A stretch of 63,002 bases of DNA, the filler included. It is 13 parts of 13 records of this genome, joined end to end, with 100 filler letters (N's around TTAATTAATTAA, not from the genome) between each part and the next. Parts side by side here need not be neighbours in the genome. Positions count along the whole stretch, not along the records: positions 1 to 3,731 come from SRR15195285_5431; positions 3,832 to 8,451 come from SRR15195285_5433; positions 8,552 to 12,449 come from SRR15195285_5435; positions 12,550 to 21,195 come from SRR15195285_5436; 9 more parts are not named here. The stretch is one strand, 5' to 3'. The position numbers were made by a program, and so were the translations under genes. Below are positions 1 to 12,589 of this stretch, one piece after another (position 1 is the first letter of the stretch; every line of letters starts with the position of its first letter). The notes beneath the pieces were generated by a model. That model did not search any database. It saw only the letters and a list, made by a program, of their open reading frames with translations, and was not told the DNA's origin.

Positions 1-227
1 ATTTTCGAATTTCAACCTGGGTACATGCATCGTAGGCCTGATTGGCGTTGCTGCTGGGGCGCCCTTGCGCCGGGTCTGTGCGCCGCGCGCGCGCGGTCGC
101 CGCCGGTGCGCGTGCGGACGCGACGGCGGCGCGGCCCACGCGTTCCGCGGTCGACGTACGTGGTAGTGAGATCGTTAGGTCGGCGACTGTACGCCACGCG
201 GTGTACGCCGCACGCGGCGATTCGAGA

Positions 228-3076
228 ATGTTGGTCACCCTGCTGTCCATCGTTGTGGCGCTCGCGCTGCTAGCTGGGGCCCCCGCTAGCGCTACTGCAG
301 CATCATTTGGTGCGAACACAGCAGCTGCAGCCGAACCGTCCGGTGCCGCTCAGCCTGCTCTTCTTCCAAACATGGTCTCCATCCCATCGGGTTCTTTCAC
401 GATGGGCTACTCGCGGACACCACTGCCTGCTTCGCTGCTCTCCGGACCGGGCAAAGGCTCGACACCCAAATCGATCTTTCCGAACGGCGACGCGGACGAA
501 TCGCCAGCCCACACGGTGTCCATCAGCTCTTTTTCGATCGGGGCGACTGAAATCACAAATGTGCAATACGAGGAGTACGACCCAGCGCATCGCGTTCTGC
601 GCGGGCGAGCAGGATTTTCCAAGGAAGATGACGAGGCGGTAGTTTTCGTATCGTACGAAAATGCTACTAGCTACGCCGCGTGGCTAGCTAAGAAGACGGG
701 AAAGCCGTACCGCCTGCCTAGTGAAGCCGAATGGGAGTATGCTGCGCGCGGTACTGACCCAGCTACAAATGCTTCGTACTTCTGGACTGGGGACAGCCTA
801 CCAGCTGCACTGATGAAGCAGCAGAACGTCGGGACCACTAAAGCAAGCTCAGGTGGCCTGCCCAATCGTCAGGGCGTTCCGCTTACGGTAGCACGCTACG
901 CTCCAAACTCGTTCGGGTTGCACGACACCCTAGGGAATGTGGAGGAGTGGTGTATGGACTGGCACGGTCCCTACGTTTCAGATGTTTTACAGGACCCAGT
1001 CGGTCCGTCAGATGGTATTTTCAGAGTCACTCGCGGTGGATCGCACTCTACCGAGCCATATTACCTTCGTACTGCGAATCGTCATGGCGCGTTGCCAGCT
1101 GAGCGGAGCTGGGTCATCGGGTTTCGAGTCGCGATGGGAGGGACAGCAAAACCTGTCGCAGAGTCACGCCGCCAAACTCCAGAACCAGCAGCCACAACAG
1201 CCTCAGACGCACCACCGGTGGTAGCTCCTGGCTATGTGGCACCGAGAAAAAATGCAAGCTGGCCGACGTGGTCGAAGGTGCCCATGGCTCCAGTGTTGCG
1301 GCGATACGTCATCTGGCCAGGCGATGGATCTGCGTTGCCTTTCTCCGTCCACAACCACGAGCCGACCATTGCAGCTTGTCCGAACGGAGACTTTGTGGCC
1401 AACTGGTACAGCACAAACTGTGGAGAGGCAGGCCGCTGCGTTGGCCTCGTACAGGCTCGACTTCGGAAAGGGACTGACACGTGGACAACTGCCAAAGTTC
1501 AATTGGATGCCCCGGATCGGAATCAGTGTTGCACAGCATTTTATTTCGACCACGACAGTGGTGTATTGTATCATTTTAGCGCCATGTCCGCAGCCGGGTC
1601 GTTTCAAGACATTATGGGAACCTTGCAGTGGTCGACCGATTGCGGAGAAACGTTTACTAAACCTAAAATCATCTGGCCAGACCACGGTATTGAGCACCAG
1701 ATCGTTGTCACCATCATCAAATCCAAGCGCGGCGAAGTGATGGTGCCGTGTGACCACTGGGGCATGACGCTGCCATATGGACCGATGGTCGGAGACCAGT
1801 CGATCATTCAGCACGCGCCAATTGGCCGGATTGCTGACCCTGCAGCATGGTGCGGCCTGTCTACCACACTGTGCTTGCGTGTCTGCAATCCTATTTCTCG
1901 TCGTCATTGTACAGATGGTGCCTCACCATTTGGATGTCTGATGGTCGATTCGTAACTGATCACAGTAATTGTCCCATGCCGGACTGGGCACTGCAGGCAC
2001 GTTAATGCTTCATCCGATCCACCAGCAACGTCGACACAGAGTCACCATACCTCTTTAGTGGAACTACGAAACGGCTCCTTCGCAGCAATTGGTGTGACTG
2101 GCTCCATAGATTATGTATGATTTAGTGTAATCGCTTGCGCTAGCCACAATCATGACACGCGTGAACGTGAACATTTGGCTTGGCACGCCTGCAGGACGGT
2201 CGCATGATATCGACGGCACAATGCCGTACGCGCTGTCAACTGACGGTGGTCACGTGTGGACGGCCAAGAAGTCGTCATTCACTGGGATACACGGTGGCGA
2301 GCGAGAAGTCATGATTCGCCTGGGGTCCATCGACCAGCCACTAATGCACTGTACATTCGCAAACGGTACAGGCCACGACCCACCAATGCTGCAATTGTGC
2401 CTGTTGCGATGCTGTGGATCGAATTTTGCCTGGAGAGATTGAAATCGCCCAGCGTGGAGCTGACTCACTTTGCATGCGTTCACAGGCCCACCCGCCTATG
2501 CAAGTACGACCATCCCTACCGCAAACGATGACCGGTTCACGATGACAGTACGTCAGACGATCGTTAGGCTGACTGACTCCAGGTCCCTCGCGAACGCCTC
2601 GTCGCTGCAGCTGACGTGATCTGCTCGTTTGATTTTTGTGCACAGGGAGTTTATTGCGCTGTGAGTTTCGATGACGGAGACTCGTGGGATACTCGCCGCC
2701 CAATAACTGCCGATTCGACGTTGCATGGTCGCAACCAATCTGGCTTTGACGGGCACAATTTTGTAAGGCCACCTTCCTTGCTGTTGCGCATCCACATACC
2801 AGTAAACACCCGTTCGTATCCCTTGCTTCGGGTAGCGGCAGAGTCGTGGTCTATTGTGAAACTTGTACCGTACTACTAAGAATGAAAATGTATGCGATGC
2901 ATGGTGTGCGTGGCTTGCAGACAATGAGCTACAACACGACCGAACCAAACGGCTACATGGCAGCAGCAGTATCTGATGACGGCATCATCACGCTGATCAC
3001 CTCTCGCAACTCCTACAGTTTCAATTTGGCGTGGCTCAAACTCAAGGCGTCGATCCCGCACATTAACGATGCATGA
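228..3076 (+). CDS. Secreted FGE/SUMF1-like domain plus BNR (Asp-box, sialidase-like) beta-propeller protein, 6 exons
   Basis: Signal peptide MLVTLLSIVVALALLAG. FGE-family motifs RLPSEAEWEYAARG, NSFGLHDTLGNVEEW, RVTRGGS and IGFRV. Asp boxes STDCGETF, STDGGHVW and SFDDGDSW. Manual splicing keeps the frame open: exons 228-1849, 1997-2091, 2195-2365, 2486-2547, 2646-2762, 2921-3076, all GT-AG. Confidence 0.85.
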
Positions 3077-3731
3077 TAATTGTGGCGTGCGCACCCCACA
3101 AAGAACTTACTGCGTAGGTGGGGGGTGCGAGTCACGTGGGCCAGTGTCCTAGCGACAGCCAAGCGAGAGTGACAGGCTGGGTTGGATTCTTGTGGAGTCC
3201 ATAGAACTGACTGATAAATGTAGCCAACTCCGCGGACCGCCCCGAGACACGGGTTGTTGTCGCACCCAGAATCGATTTGCACCAGGTACATCCGGACATG
3301 TAGCCGGATGGTTGTTAGTTCTGCCCCCGCCTGGCTCGGTGGATTGAATCCATCCTCGATCCTGACCCAGCCTGTTTCACTGTTCGTGAGGTGTTCCCGT
3401 TCGTGAGCCGGTCATATGCCTCGAATGTCAACGAGTCAATTCTTGATCAACTGTCCATCATGGCAGGATTAGAGGATCGGTCATGGCGCAGTCGTTGAGA
3501 ATATGAGATCAAGGGGGGTTGAGTCTACCCTTGATGAGATTGAGAAATGAGAATTACCGGTATCCTAGATATATACAATATAGTCAGTCACGCGGCGCCA
3601 CGGCACCTCGACGGACGAGGCGGCGGCGGCGGTGCTGTTGGTCTTCATGCCCGCCTGCTTGCGCTAGAACCCGCCCGCCACACAGCTTTGCGTTGGCTTC
3701 CTGCACGACCTGCCTACCAGACGCAGGAGCA

Positions 3732-3831
3732 NNNNNNNNNNNNNNNNNNNNNNNNNNNNNNNNNNNNNNNNNNNNTTAATTAATTAANNNNNNNNNNNNN
3801 NNNNNNNNNNNNNNNNNNNNNNNNNNNNNNN
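3732..3831. other. Artificial contig spacer N44-TTAATTAATTAA-N44 (first of 12)
   Basis: Identical 100-nt spacers with six-frame stops at 3732-3831, 8452-8551, 12450-12549, 21196-21295, 28095-28194, 31339-31438, 35075-35174, 38714-38813, 43846-43945, 49692-49791, 53229-53328 and 59350-59449. Genes on different sides of a spacer are not linked. Confidence 0.99.
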
Positions 3832-4890
3832 GCAGCAGCAGGAGCAGGAGCAGCAGCAGCACAAGCAGATGCATCCAAATCGTCGTCCGTACCGCCGGCG
3901 GGTGCAGCTGATTCCAGCCCTGTGACCAAGCAGCCAGTCGAGATGGAAATGCATACGGACAGTACGACTGGGAATACTGGGGCTCTGCGACAAGCGCCCG
4001 AAGCTGCCTGACACTCTTGCTGCCGGTACGACGTGTCTTCTCCGTCAGGTGCTCAAATCCCTTTCGTTGCTGTTGACTGGTACAAGCAGTTGCACCACTT
4101 GTCAACGCCAACATGGGTTTTGACTGCGAGCGAGTGCTGTGCCTGAAGACACGGGTGATTAATGTGCATGGTATACGTCCGTGCACCCGGCCAATGTCTC
4201 GAGCAGCGCGCATGTTATGAAACAGCCATATATCTATATCTATTCAATACTAAATTATGTAAGACGGCGCCTAAGTTGGTGCCCGGCAAGACTGTGAAGA
4301 CAATTAAACTGAATGCCGATATACTATCTTTTGCGGCTACACTCTACTGGATGCCTGACTGTTCCCCCCTCCGACTGCTGCTGCTGTCGTTGCGAGGCCC
4401 GTTATCGTCAGCCCACTGTCTCCACGAGCCCCGCTGTTGTGATAAAAGCGACTCCCCTGTCTGCAGCAGCGGTTCTGACATCCTCCCTGACACACCTGAC
4501 CACAGGGCAAAAGCCACCCACTGGTGTTAGCAAGTCTTCCTCAATCTAGCTCAGCCGGCAGCGCATGCAGCAATGCAGGGAAGCTGGGATTCACTGATTT
4601 GTTTGCAAAAACAAACCTGCCATCGGCGACGGAGGCGGGAGACTGGTTGTTTTGGATGATGCTGAGCGTCGGACAGCAAAGCCACTTCCGCCTGTGCATA
4701 CATAGTTGTGAGCATGAATCTTCAACGTGATGGCAACGAAATCATGGAGGCAGTTGCTCTAGGGGAATTGCAGATGCTTCAGCATCATGCACGCAGAAGT
4801 TTTCGCTCGTACTTGTTGACGCTGATAGGCGGGTCGCACTCGCCGCCGTCACTCGGCGCGCCACCTATTATAGCAGAAAATTCAGATCAT

Positions 4891-7800
4891 CTAGTTGATG
4901 ACAGTCAAAGTCGGAAACACCAGCATACAGAGCTTGAGAGCTAAGCTCTTGGTGGAGGGGTGTACCTCAATGTCGTCCGGGTTTACAGACGAAGCGCTAG
5001 GTACTTCACGGCAACTAGTGGAATAACCGCTCGGACCCTTGATTGCGTTGTCACCGTTAAGCTTCAGGATTGACGCCGGGTGCAGCCCTGTTCGTTGTGT
5101 TGCAGTGAAATGTGCAGACATGTAACACCAAATCAGTTAGGGAGTGTGTAGCGGGTGTGCGATCTGCACAACACGCAAACTACGCCGGCCCCGGGGTGGC
5201 GGTCGAAACTCACCGCCATAAATCGGTAGCAAAATTACCCAAAGCAGAATGAATCCACCAGCCACCACCAGCCAGATGGCACAGTCGCCGTAGTGCTCTG
5301 ATGCATACCCAACCCAGAAGCTGCCGAGCATTCGGCCGACGCTGGTCGCACTCATGAAGAGAGCCTGGTACATACCTTGCCCTGCGCTCCCGACCAAGTA
5401 CCTGAAAGAGGAAGAATGGCTTGAAGTGCGAGCTGCATACAACAGGTCAGACAGAGTGGGACGAGTGCACAACTAGGACAGTTTCCAACGCACAAGTAGC
5501 AACCCTGCAAGCCTGGCACTTGCCAGGCTTGGCCCATCGACTGCAGCGCGGCAAGCAAAAACGTTCCCCAGATCGGGAGATCCTAAAACGCATCCCACAG
5601 TCATCATGCGGTGAAACAGCGATTGTAGGTGCAGGGCGACAGGGCAACGGCGAGGGCTGTTTATAGCAGACGCACAGGGACCTCATAGCCGGCGATCTGG
5701 CATCCACCCCAAAGCACCACGCATGCTGCGACGCACAACGTCTGGACCGCCTCGCCACTTGCGAGGATTGTTCGCTGCACCAACCAGTCAGCTGTACATG
5801 AGCAGGGACGAACTAGACACGCCAGACAACTGAAACGCAGAAGTACCTCGTAGAATCGTGGGCTGAGTCTGGCTGCAGCGAATGCTGTCAACGCGGCGAC
5901 ACCGCCATAAACAGAGAAGACATTTGCTGTTTGCACCTGGCCGAAACCGTACTTTTCCTGTGTAATCAACAGTAATGCAACACATGAGCGCGATGTCTCC
6001 GATCAGCTTGGTCTGCGAAGCCGGAGATACCCCGACCACGTTGTCTAAACGCAAAGACGCAAGAAGGAGAAGGGCGCAATGGCGACTTGCCAGACAGTAA
6101 ATTGGCAGGAAGTACTGTAGGATTGCTAGTGCAAAATTGTTTGTGAAGCCGATGTACTGCATCACCCAGGCACGTGAACGCCACAGCTGATGTACAATCT
6201 TGGTCATCGCCACTGGCTGTACACGTTCAAAACGACTATGAGATCCTTCTTCTACACCAATGAAGTGAATGCATTCATTCGCTGTTTCAGGCACAACCAA
6301 AGGAAACCAAGCATTCTGCCTTACCTGCCGCGCAAGGGAGCCGTCCCTCCCGCCTGCTGCTTTGCTTTGATCCGACGCCGCAGGTTCAGGCTGTAAGAGC
6401 CAGGCAACCAGCACAATGTACAGCACCGAGGATGCAGCGATGAAGTAGCCCACCCTAAGAGCAGGCCACCGGAGCATCGCACCCGTACCACTCAAATAAG
6501 TAAGCGTGACGTCGTAGCATTGCCATGCTCTTGGCTGGTACTTGTAGAGACGAGATAGAGCGCGCAGAAGATGTCATCCGGCTTACCACGTCAAGTTTGT
6601 GAACGGCAGTCCAAACCATCGTCCATTTGGGACTGCGACGATTCCAAGGTTTACAACAGGACCAATGACCAGCCCGAGCCGCCAGCTTACAGCCGCCAGT
6701 CCCAGATTTGCTGTCTTACTTGCCGCATCAGAGTTGCGGGTCAGATATGCGCGAGCTGTGGCCCCGCTGCCGCTGGCTAGACCTGCACAACAAACGGCCC
6801 AGCTGTGAGTGAAAAACGCCATGACAGTCGGTACCGACACCACGCGACACACTGCAGACGTGAGATCCGCACCGATCAGGAAGCGGGCCGCAACCACAAC
6901 ATATGGGCCAGTGTATGTGATGGAGCCGCCGCCGTCGCCTGATGAGCTGCTGTCAGGATCGGCTGGTGTGTGGTGTCGCCCGTTATCGTGGTCACCTGGC
7001 AAGTCGTAGTCGTGATTCGGTGGGTGGTGACAAAGTGCTGCCAGCGCATAGACCAGACCGCCAAGTGTCTGGACAATCAGGGCGAGAATGATGACCTGCT
7101 TGGAGGATGCACGGTCAGCGAGCCAGCCGAACAAGGGGGCTGCCGCAAATCCTACGGCGTTCGCAATTGCTCCAGCCATCCCGTACACGCTCTTGGTGCC
7201 GCCGAGGTACTGTATGTAGATCCAGAGCGACGGCAACGATACACTCATGTCGATTCCCTGCCAGCCGATCAGCGAGAGTACCAACCAGATGTCTGCCCTG
7301 CATCGCTTACGCCGCGGTGACCTCGGCGATGCCCCTCTCACTCGCGATGGGCTGCTACGAGGGCTCTTCTGTGCCTGGTTTGCCGGCGTTACAGCGGGGA
7401 CGCTGCCCGTGCCAACAGCGTTGGCTATTGAGGATGAAGAGACCCGCTTCAGTTGCGCTTCAATGCGAGCCTGCGTGCGGATCACCAATGGTATAGTCCA
7501 CAGAGATGTGCAGTCTGATTGGGTGCAGGTGCATGCGACGTACTCTGATCGCCTTGGCGCGAGGCAGCTCCGCCGATGGCCGGCCGTCCACAAATTTGGC
7601 CTCCAGATCGCCCATGAAGTTGTCCATCGTATCGGCAACCATCTTGGCCTCCGGTTCGCTGAGGGAAGAGGCGCTCACGGCGCGCACCGCGGGCGACTGC
7701 TCCACCCGATCCAGGATCCGCTCTGCGCGTTCGAGGTCGTATTTAGCACCATCCATCCCCTGCTTAGTCACCGGCTCGGACCATTGCGGCGAAATGAGTA

Positions 7801-7966
7801 CCTGCTCCGACAACCCAGCCACTGTTCAATGGGCGGCGACTCCACTGGAGCGACTCCACTGGAGCGAACGACACTTGAGCGGAGAAGGTACGGCGGACAG
7901 TGTGGAGCGCAGGGCGACGACGTGCGGGCTGGGTCCCTGCTCCGCTTCGACTGTGGCATTCAGCAT
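4891..7966 (-). CDS. MFS transporter (MFSD8/CLN7-like), multi-exon; 5' end uncertain
   Basis: Minus-strand segments read SVSLPSLWIYIQYLGG, AAPLFGWLADRASSK (MFS motif A), ARFLIG, LGLVIGP, QGMYQALFMSATSVGRMLGSFWVG. They are separated by GT-AG introns, and the last exon ends at 4891. Confidence 0.75.
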
Positions 7967-8399
7967 CCTACTGATCACTGCGGTGCTATAATTATATATA
8001 CCAGCGACGCCTCTGGTCCTCTCGAGAACCTCTCGTCACGCGACTCAGTGCGGTACAGAGCCACAGCAGAGGGACCCCGCCGCCTACTGATGTGAGTAGC
8101 CGCTATGGATCATCCCGAAGCATACGTACAGTACTAGATCTAGTAGCCGGCGTACTAGCCCCGGCGCGCATACGCCGTACGTAGTAGCGCGCGCTCGCGA
8201 GGCACCCCCCCGGCGCGGCGGCGTTCGATGTACGGGATACGCGGCGCGTGCGTGCCCCCGCGGCGGCCGCCCGGCCGCGTACCCACGGCAGGTACCCGCC
8301 CGGTACCGGCCGGTACATCGATACCTTAAGGTAGTACACAGCGACAACGCCCAACGTGATTTGGCAGTCTTTGCAGCACCTTCCCGAGAATTCCGAGAT

Positions 8400-8438
8400 C
8401 GCCACACGATACAATTTTAAAAACGGTATCGTGTGGCG
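8400..8438. repeat. 13-bp perfect inverted repeat CGCCACACGATAC / GTATCGTGTGGCG with a 13-nt AT-rich loop, next to a contig end
   Basis: Read directly: arms at 8400-8412 and 8426-8438. Confidence 0.9.
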
Positions 8439-8551
8439 GCCGGTAGCGCTCNNNNNNNNNNNNNNNNNNNNNNNNNNNNNNNNNNNNNNNNNNNNTTAAT
8501 TAATTAANNNNNNNNNNNNNNNNNNNNNNNNNNNNNNNNNNNNNNNNNNNN

Positions 8552-11500
8552 TGTCTTTCTTCTCCTTCTTGTCTTTCTTCTTCTTCTTGTCTTTCTTCTT
8601 CTTCTTGTCCTCTTGCTGCTTCTTGTCCTCCTTGTTCTTCTTCTTGTCTTTGTCTTTCTGCTTCTTTTTCCCTTCTACTTGTTTGGCCGCTGCCTCCGCC
8701 GCTGCTGCCGCCTCCGCCTCCTCTGCGGCGACCTTCGCTGCTTTCGCCTCTGCCTCTGCCTTCTCCTTTGCCTCCGCTTCCAGATCGCGTGCTGGAATCC
8801 ACCCACACAATGGATCGTACTTGCGTGCGACTTCGAGCATTTTGCGCTCTTCTATGGCCCGCTTTCCACCACGAAGCGGTGCTGGCAGCTTCAGCAAGCC
8901 TCGGTGCCAATCCCAGGTCGGCAATACTAGCGCGAAGCGACCGCCATATTTCAGTGCTGATGCATGCAGGGCCTCGTCTCCGCGAGGCCCACCCTCGAAG
9001 TCGTGTTCTACGGTGTGCAGTGGTGTATCCAAGGCACTTGTTGACGGCGCGCCCTTGTCCTTTAAGAGTAGTGGTCCCGCTGCAGCACCCCGCGGCCCAG
9101 CAGCCTTTTCTAGTGCTGCTTGTCTCCGTACTGCCACGCCACGAGCTCTGCGCTGGATTACTGTTGCAGCAGCAGCAGCATTGTCAAGGGTTGCCTCGTG
9201 CATCCAGACTTTCGCGCCGTCGATTGAATGCGGTGCTTCTGTTTCACCCAGGCTCGCAGCCTCCTCGAGCGCAAGTATTGCATCCCGAGCTTTTGCCTTC
9301 TTGCGTGTATCGGCTTCGTCCTCATCCAGATTCGGCAGCACTCGACGCCGCCCGCGCCCCGTACAGCAGCTGCGTCCTGTTGTGCCTCCCTGTCCGCAGC
9401 AACAATCCGCCCAACCGTGCAGACATGGCCGTAGCCCCCATCCAATCACGGCCGCGGGAAGAGACATGAAGGGGAGGTATTCGCACAGCAGGCCAGAGAT
9501 CATCCCACCGAGGGGCCAATACTCTCCAGGCTCACCTCCGAAGATATAATACCCAACCTGCAGCTGCAGGCTCCCAGTTGGCCCGCCATTGACACCAATG
9601 GTTCCTCGCGAGAGTTCGTGCAGTACAAGTGCTGACAACGTGCCAGCATAGCTCAAAACCATTATTGTGTCAAGCGCTGCACGGAGCTGGTTCGCGCGCT
9701 CTCCGTAGTACGGAGCGTTAGCTCCTCGGGACAGCGACGACCGAAGCAGCATAAACGCACCAATTAACATCAGCAAGCTTGCGACTTTAGGGTGGCTGTG
9801 CCCAATGAACGTCCACAGAAACGTCCCGAGGGCCTTTGCAGTTACGAGGAGCAACCTGTGGTGAGAGCTCCGCATCGAGAACGGCTGGCGGTGAGGTAAA
9901 TCAGAGATATCATCTTCAGACCAGAGCTTCTTGCGTCGGCAGCACCATCCGCAACCGACGGCTCCAGCAAGGATCTGCTTGAAGGTAACAGAGAGTAGGG
10001 TGATGTCACCGCCGACGCGCAGTACTCTCAAACTAAGGGGAATATAGAGCAGCATCGTGAGCAGCCCAGCGGCAGCTACGGCACGATGCTCGCCTACCCA
10101 GCACTCCTGCCATGGTTTCACATCATCGACAGCCGTTGGGCTGCCGAGAGTACTGAGCGGATCGACAGACCACGGGAATCCCCCAGTGTCACTCAGTCGC
10201 GAACCTTGCTGTCCAGCGGTTGGGTCGATTTGGAGTGCAGCTTCTCGATCCGTTAGGACTGGGTTGATATCCCAGCGCCAAGGACTGTCCAATGGGCTGT
10301 CCCCTTGAAATACACTGTGACCCTCAACTTGCGAGCAGTCAAGCGAGCGCAGCAGCGTCTTGAACACTGGAATGAATGCCAGCTGGGTGAAAAACTGTGC
10401 GTAGGATGCAAGGAATACCAAGGGAACCAGAAAGCGTTTTGCCTTCGGATAGAAAAACAACCGATTTTTCAGCGGTTTGCTGAGCATAACGACGCCAATC
10501 AGCAGCAGCACTGCTCCTACACAAGCCCAAAACAGCCAGACGAATGCAGCACGTTGTGAGCTGTCGAGACCGAAACCCTCGATGTGCGCAGCCGCAAGAA
10601 TCCGTGCGAAGGCAGGTGGAACGTGAATGAGCGGATCCGTCTGGTTTACTGTGCCGAACACGTCTTCAGCCGAGGGTTGCATGGGCGGCAGCCCTGGTAT
10701 ATCAATACTGCCTAATAGGAACGAGGTCGATCCTGTGCAGGCACAGCAAACTTCTGTCGGCGCCACACCGTGCTCGTCCTTGTCATCGGCGAAGCTTCCC
10801 CAAGATTCTGTTTCCCATCCGACACCAGCCTTGCCAGTGGATGTACAGAGACTACGTAAGGTGTAGTTCCCACAGCTGAAGCCGGTGATGGAGCTTGTCC
10901 ACAAAGAGGCATCTTTGCACGTTACCCTGGCAAGGAACGCAAAACGAAGCAATTGTATCGTTTCGACGAGTAGCATCAGTACATGCACCCAGATTTCAAG
11001 CCGGGTGAGATACAACTTGGACACACGAGCAGCTTTTGAAGGCATATCAACCTGCTCAATGGCAGCAACCACTCCATACTTCTCCAGTGGTCGTAGTCGC
11101 ATGACAACAACGTGACAGGAAGCAGTCCATACGAGCCCACTGCCTGGGCTTGCGAGCGTCGACACCTCTTCCAGGTGGAGCTGGTCTATGGTGGCCATGA
11201 GTTTACCTGACTTTGGATTGACAGTGTGAATGTGTCCGGATTCGCAACCCACCAACAGGGCCTTCTTACTGAGCTCCAGACATTGAATTGCAGAGCGAAG
11301 ACCCTCGTGTGGCAAACCATGAGGGTAGTGCCAGCGTTCGCCAGAACTTTTTGATCCACCAGGTGACATAGCAGAAATATCGTATTCCCACGGACCTCCT
11401 TTTTCTTTCTTCCGAATGCTGCGCACGGTATCAAAACAACGGATATGATATCGTGCCTCGCCTCCACGCGCCTCGTGCGTGACGTAACGAGTCGCTAGAT

Positions 11501-12449
11501 ACAAGTGCTTCCCAGACTTGTCCAGACGCATCGCAGAGGCCAACCGAAGGAAGCTCACCGTCTGCTGCTCACTGGTGGAGCAGCTCCGCATCGCAGCCGT
11601 CTCTAGTGGGTCAACACGCATCGGCCAGATCGTCACGATGGAGCTAGTACTACCTGATTCTAGAACCGACACAGGAAAGGACATCCGCCACATCAGACCA
11701 CCGTGCTTCGCTGATTTTGCGAAGAGTTTTCCAGTCAAAGGCTTGTGCTTCTTCGTATCAATCTCATCAATGCCCAGGCTGATTGCAACTCTGCTGCCAA
11801 GGACTGCGATTTCACCTGCTGTCTTAGCCGCTTTACCTTGGCCGGGTCGCCATATTTCCATCCCCTTCTTCGCACCAAACATCCGACCCTCGCATCCACT
11901 TACCCCGCGTAGCATCAGCCGTGCTCCGTGTACTAGCAGGGCCTTGCCGCCTAGCACGTCTGCCCCTCGTCGACTGGGTACATTGTCACCACATCGATAG
12001 CTGCGCTTTTCCTTCCCAGATGTTACTGACAACACGTGCACGACACTGTCGTGCGTCAGTGCGTACACCTCGCTGCCGTGTACGGTCCACGCTTCAATAT
12101 TTTTTCCTGCAGCCTCAGACCACCCCCACTTCGGCGCTTCTTCCGCCGCAGCCTTCGCTGCTGCTGCTGTCATCTCCAGACGCGCATCTGAGACAGTCGT
12201 GACGTTGTGCCCTTTGACCATCTTTGCGATTTGTCGGCTCCTCCGCTTGTTTGCCAGAAACTCAAGACGGTCGTGCCGTACATTGCCAGGGGCCGGCAGC
12301 TGCTGGTACTGCTTGTCGGTCTTGGCGGGCTTGCTGGCTGGTTGGCGTGTCGCAGAATGTGGTGCGACAGAGTTCAAATCCAAATCTGTATCCAGCTCTA
12401 TTCCTGGACTCGCAAGCATCGGCTCAGGCTCAGGCTCAGGCTCAGGCTC
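8552..12449 (-). CDS. Large membrane protein: WD40/PQQ-like propeller, multi-TM region, IQ motif, Lys-rich tail (open at both contig ends)
   Basis: Uninterrupted ORF of about 1300 aa. Propeller-like blades (LLVGCESGHIHTVNPKSGKL, HLYLAT). About 8 hydrophobic helices with FIPVFKTLLRSLDCS...CWVGEH. IQ-like AAATVIQRRARGVAVRR. EPEP at the 5' edge and KKKKDKK at the 3' edge. Confidence 0.7.
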
Positions 12450-12549
12450 NNNNNNNNNNNNNNNNNNNNNNNNNNNNNNNNNNNNNNNNNNNNTTAATTA
12501 ATTAANNNNNNNNNNNNNNNNNNNNNNNNNNNNNNNNNNNNNNNNNNNN

Positions 12550-12573
12550 AAGGGCATAAGGCCTTATGCCCTT
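12550..12573. repeat. 24-bp perfect palindrome AAGGGCATAAGGCCTTATGCCCTT at contig start
   Basis: Read directly. A related palindrome lies at 31439-31464. Confidence 0.95.
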
Positions 12574-12589
12574 TATCACATCAGGCATC

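Noticed and set aside
42-227. N-terminal extensions in the ORF track (42, 35351, 51661, 49290)
   Set aside because: These run through GC/GTAC-rich promoter-like DNA, mostly from distant or non-ATG starts. Downstream ATGs (228, 35684, 52198, 49350) give proper signal peptides or domain starts.
1850-2920. Frameshifts or pseudogenisation in the FGE-BNR, GH27, Rab, MFS and PhzF genes
   Set aside because: Where I traced the breaks, GT-AG introns restore the frame and conserved motifs. No recoding or alternative genetic code is needed.
3832-4010. Ala-rich open frame at contig start ending RQAPEAA-stop
   Set aside because: Probably the tail of a truncated gene, but too short and low in complexity to call.
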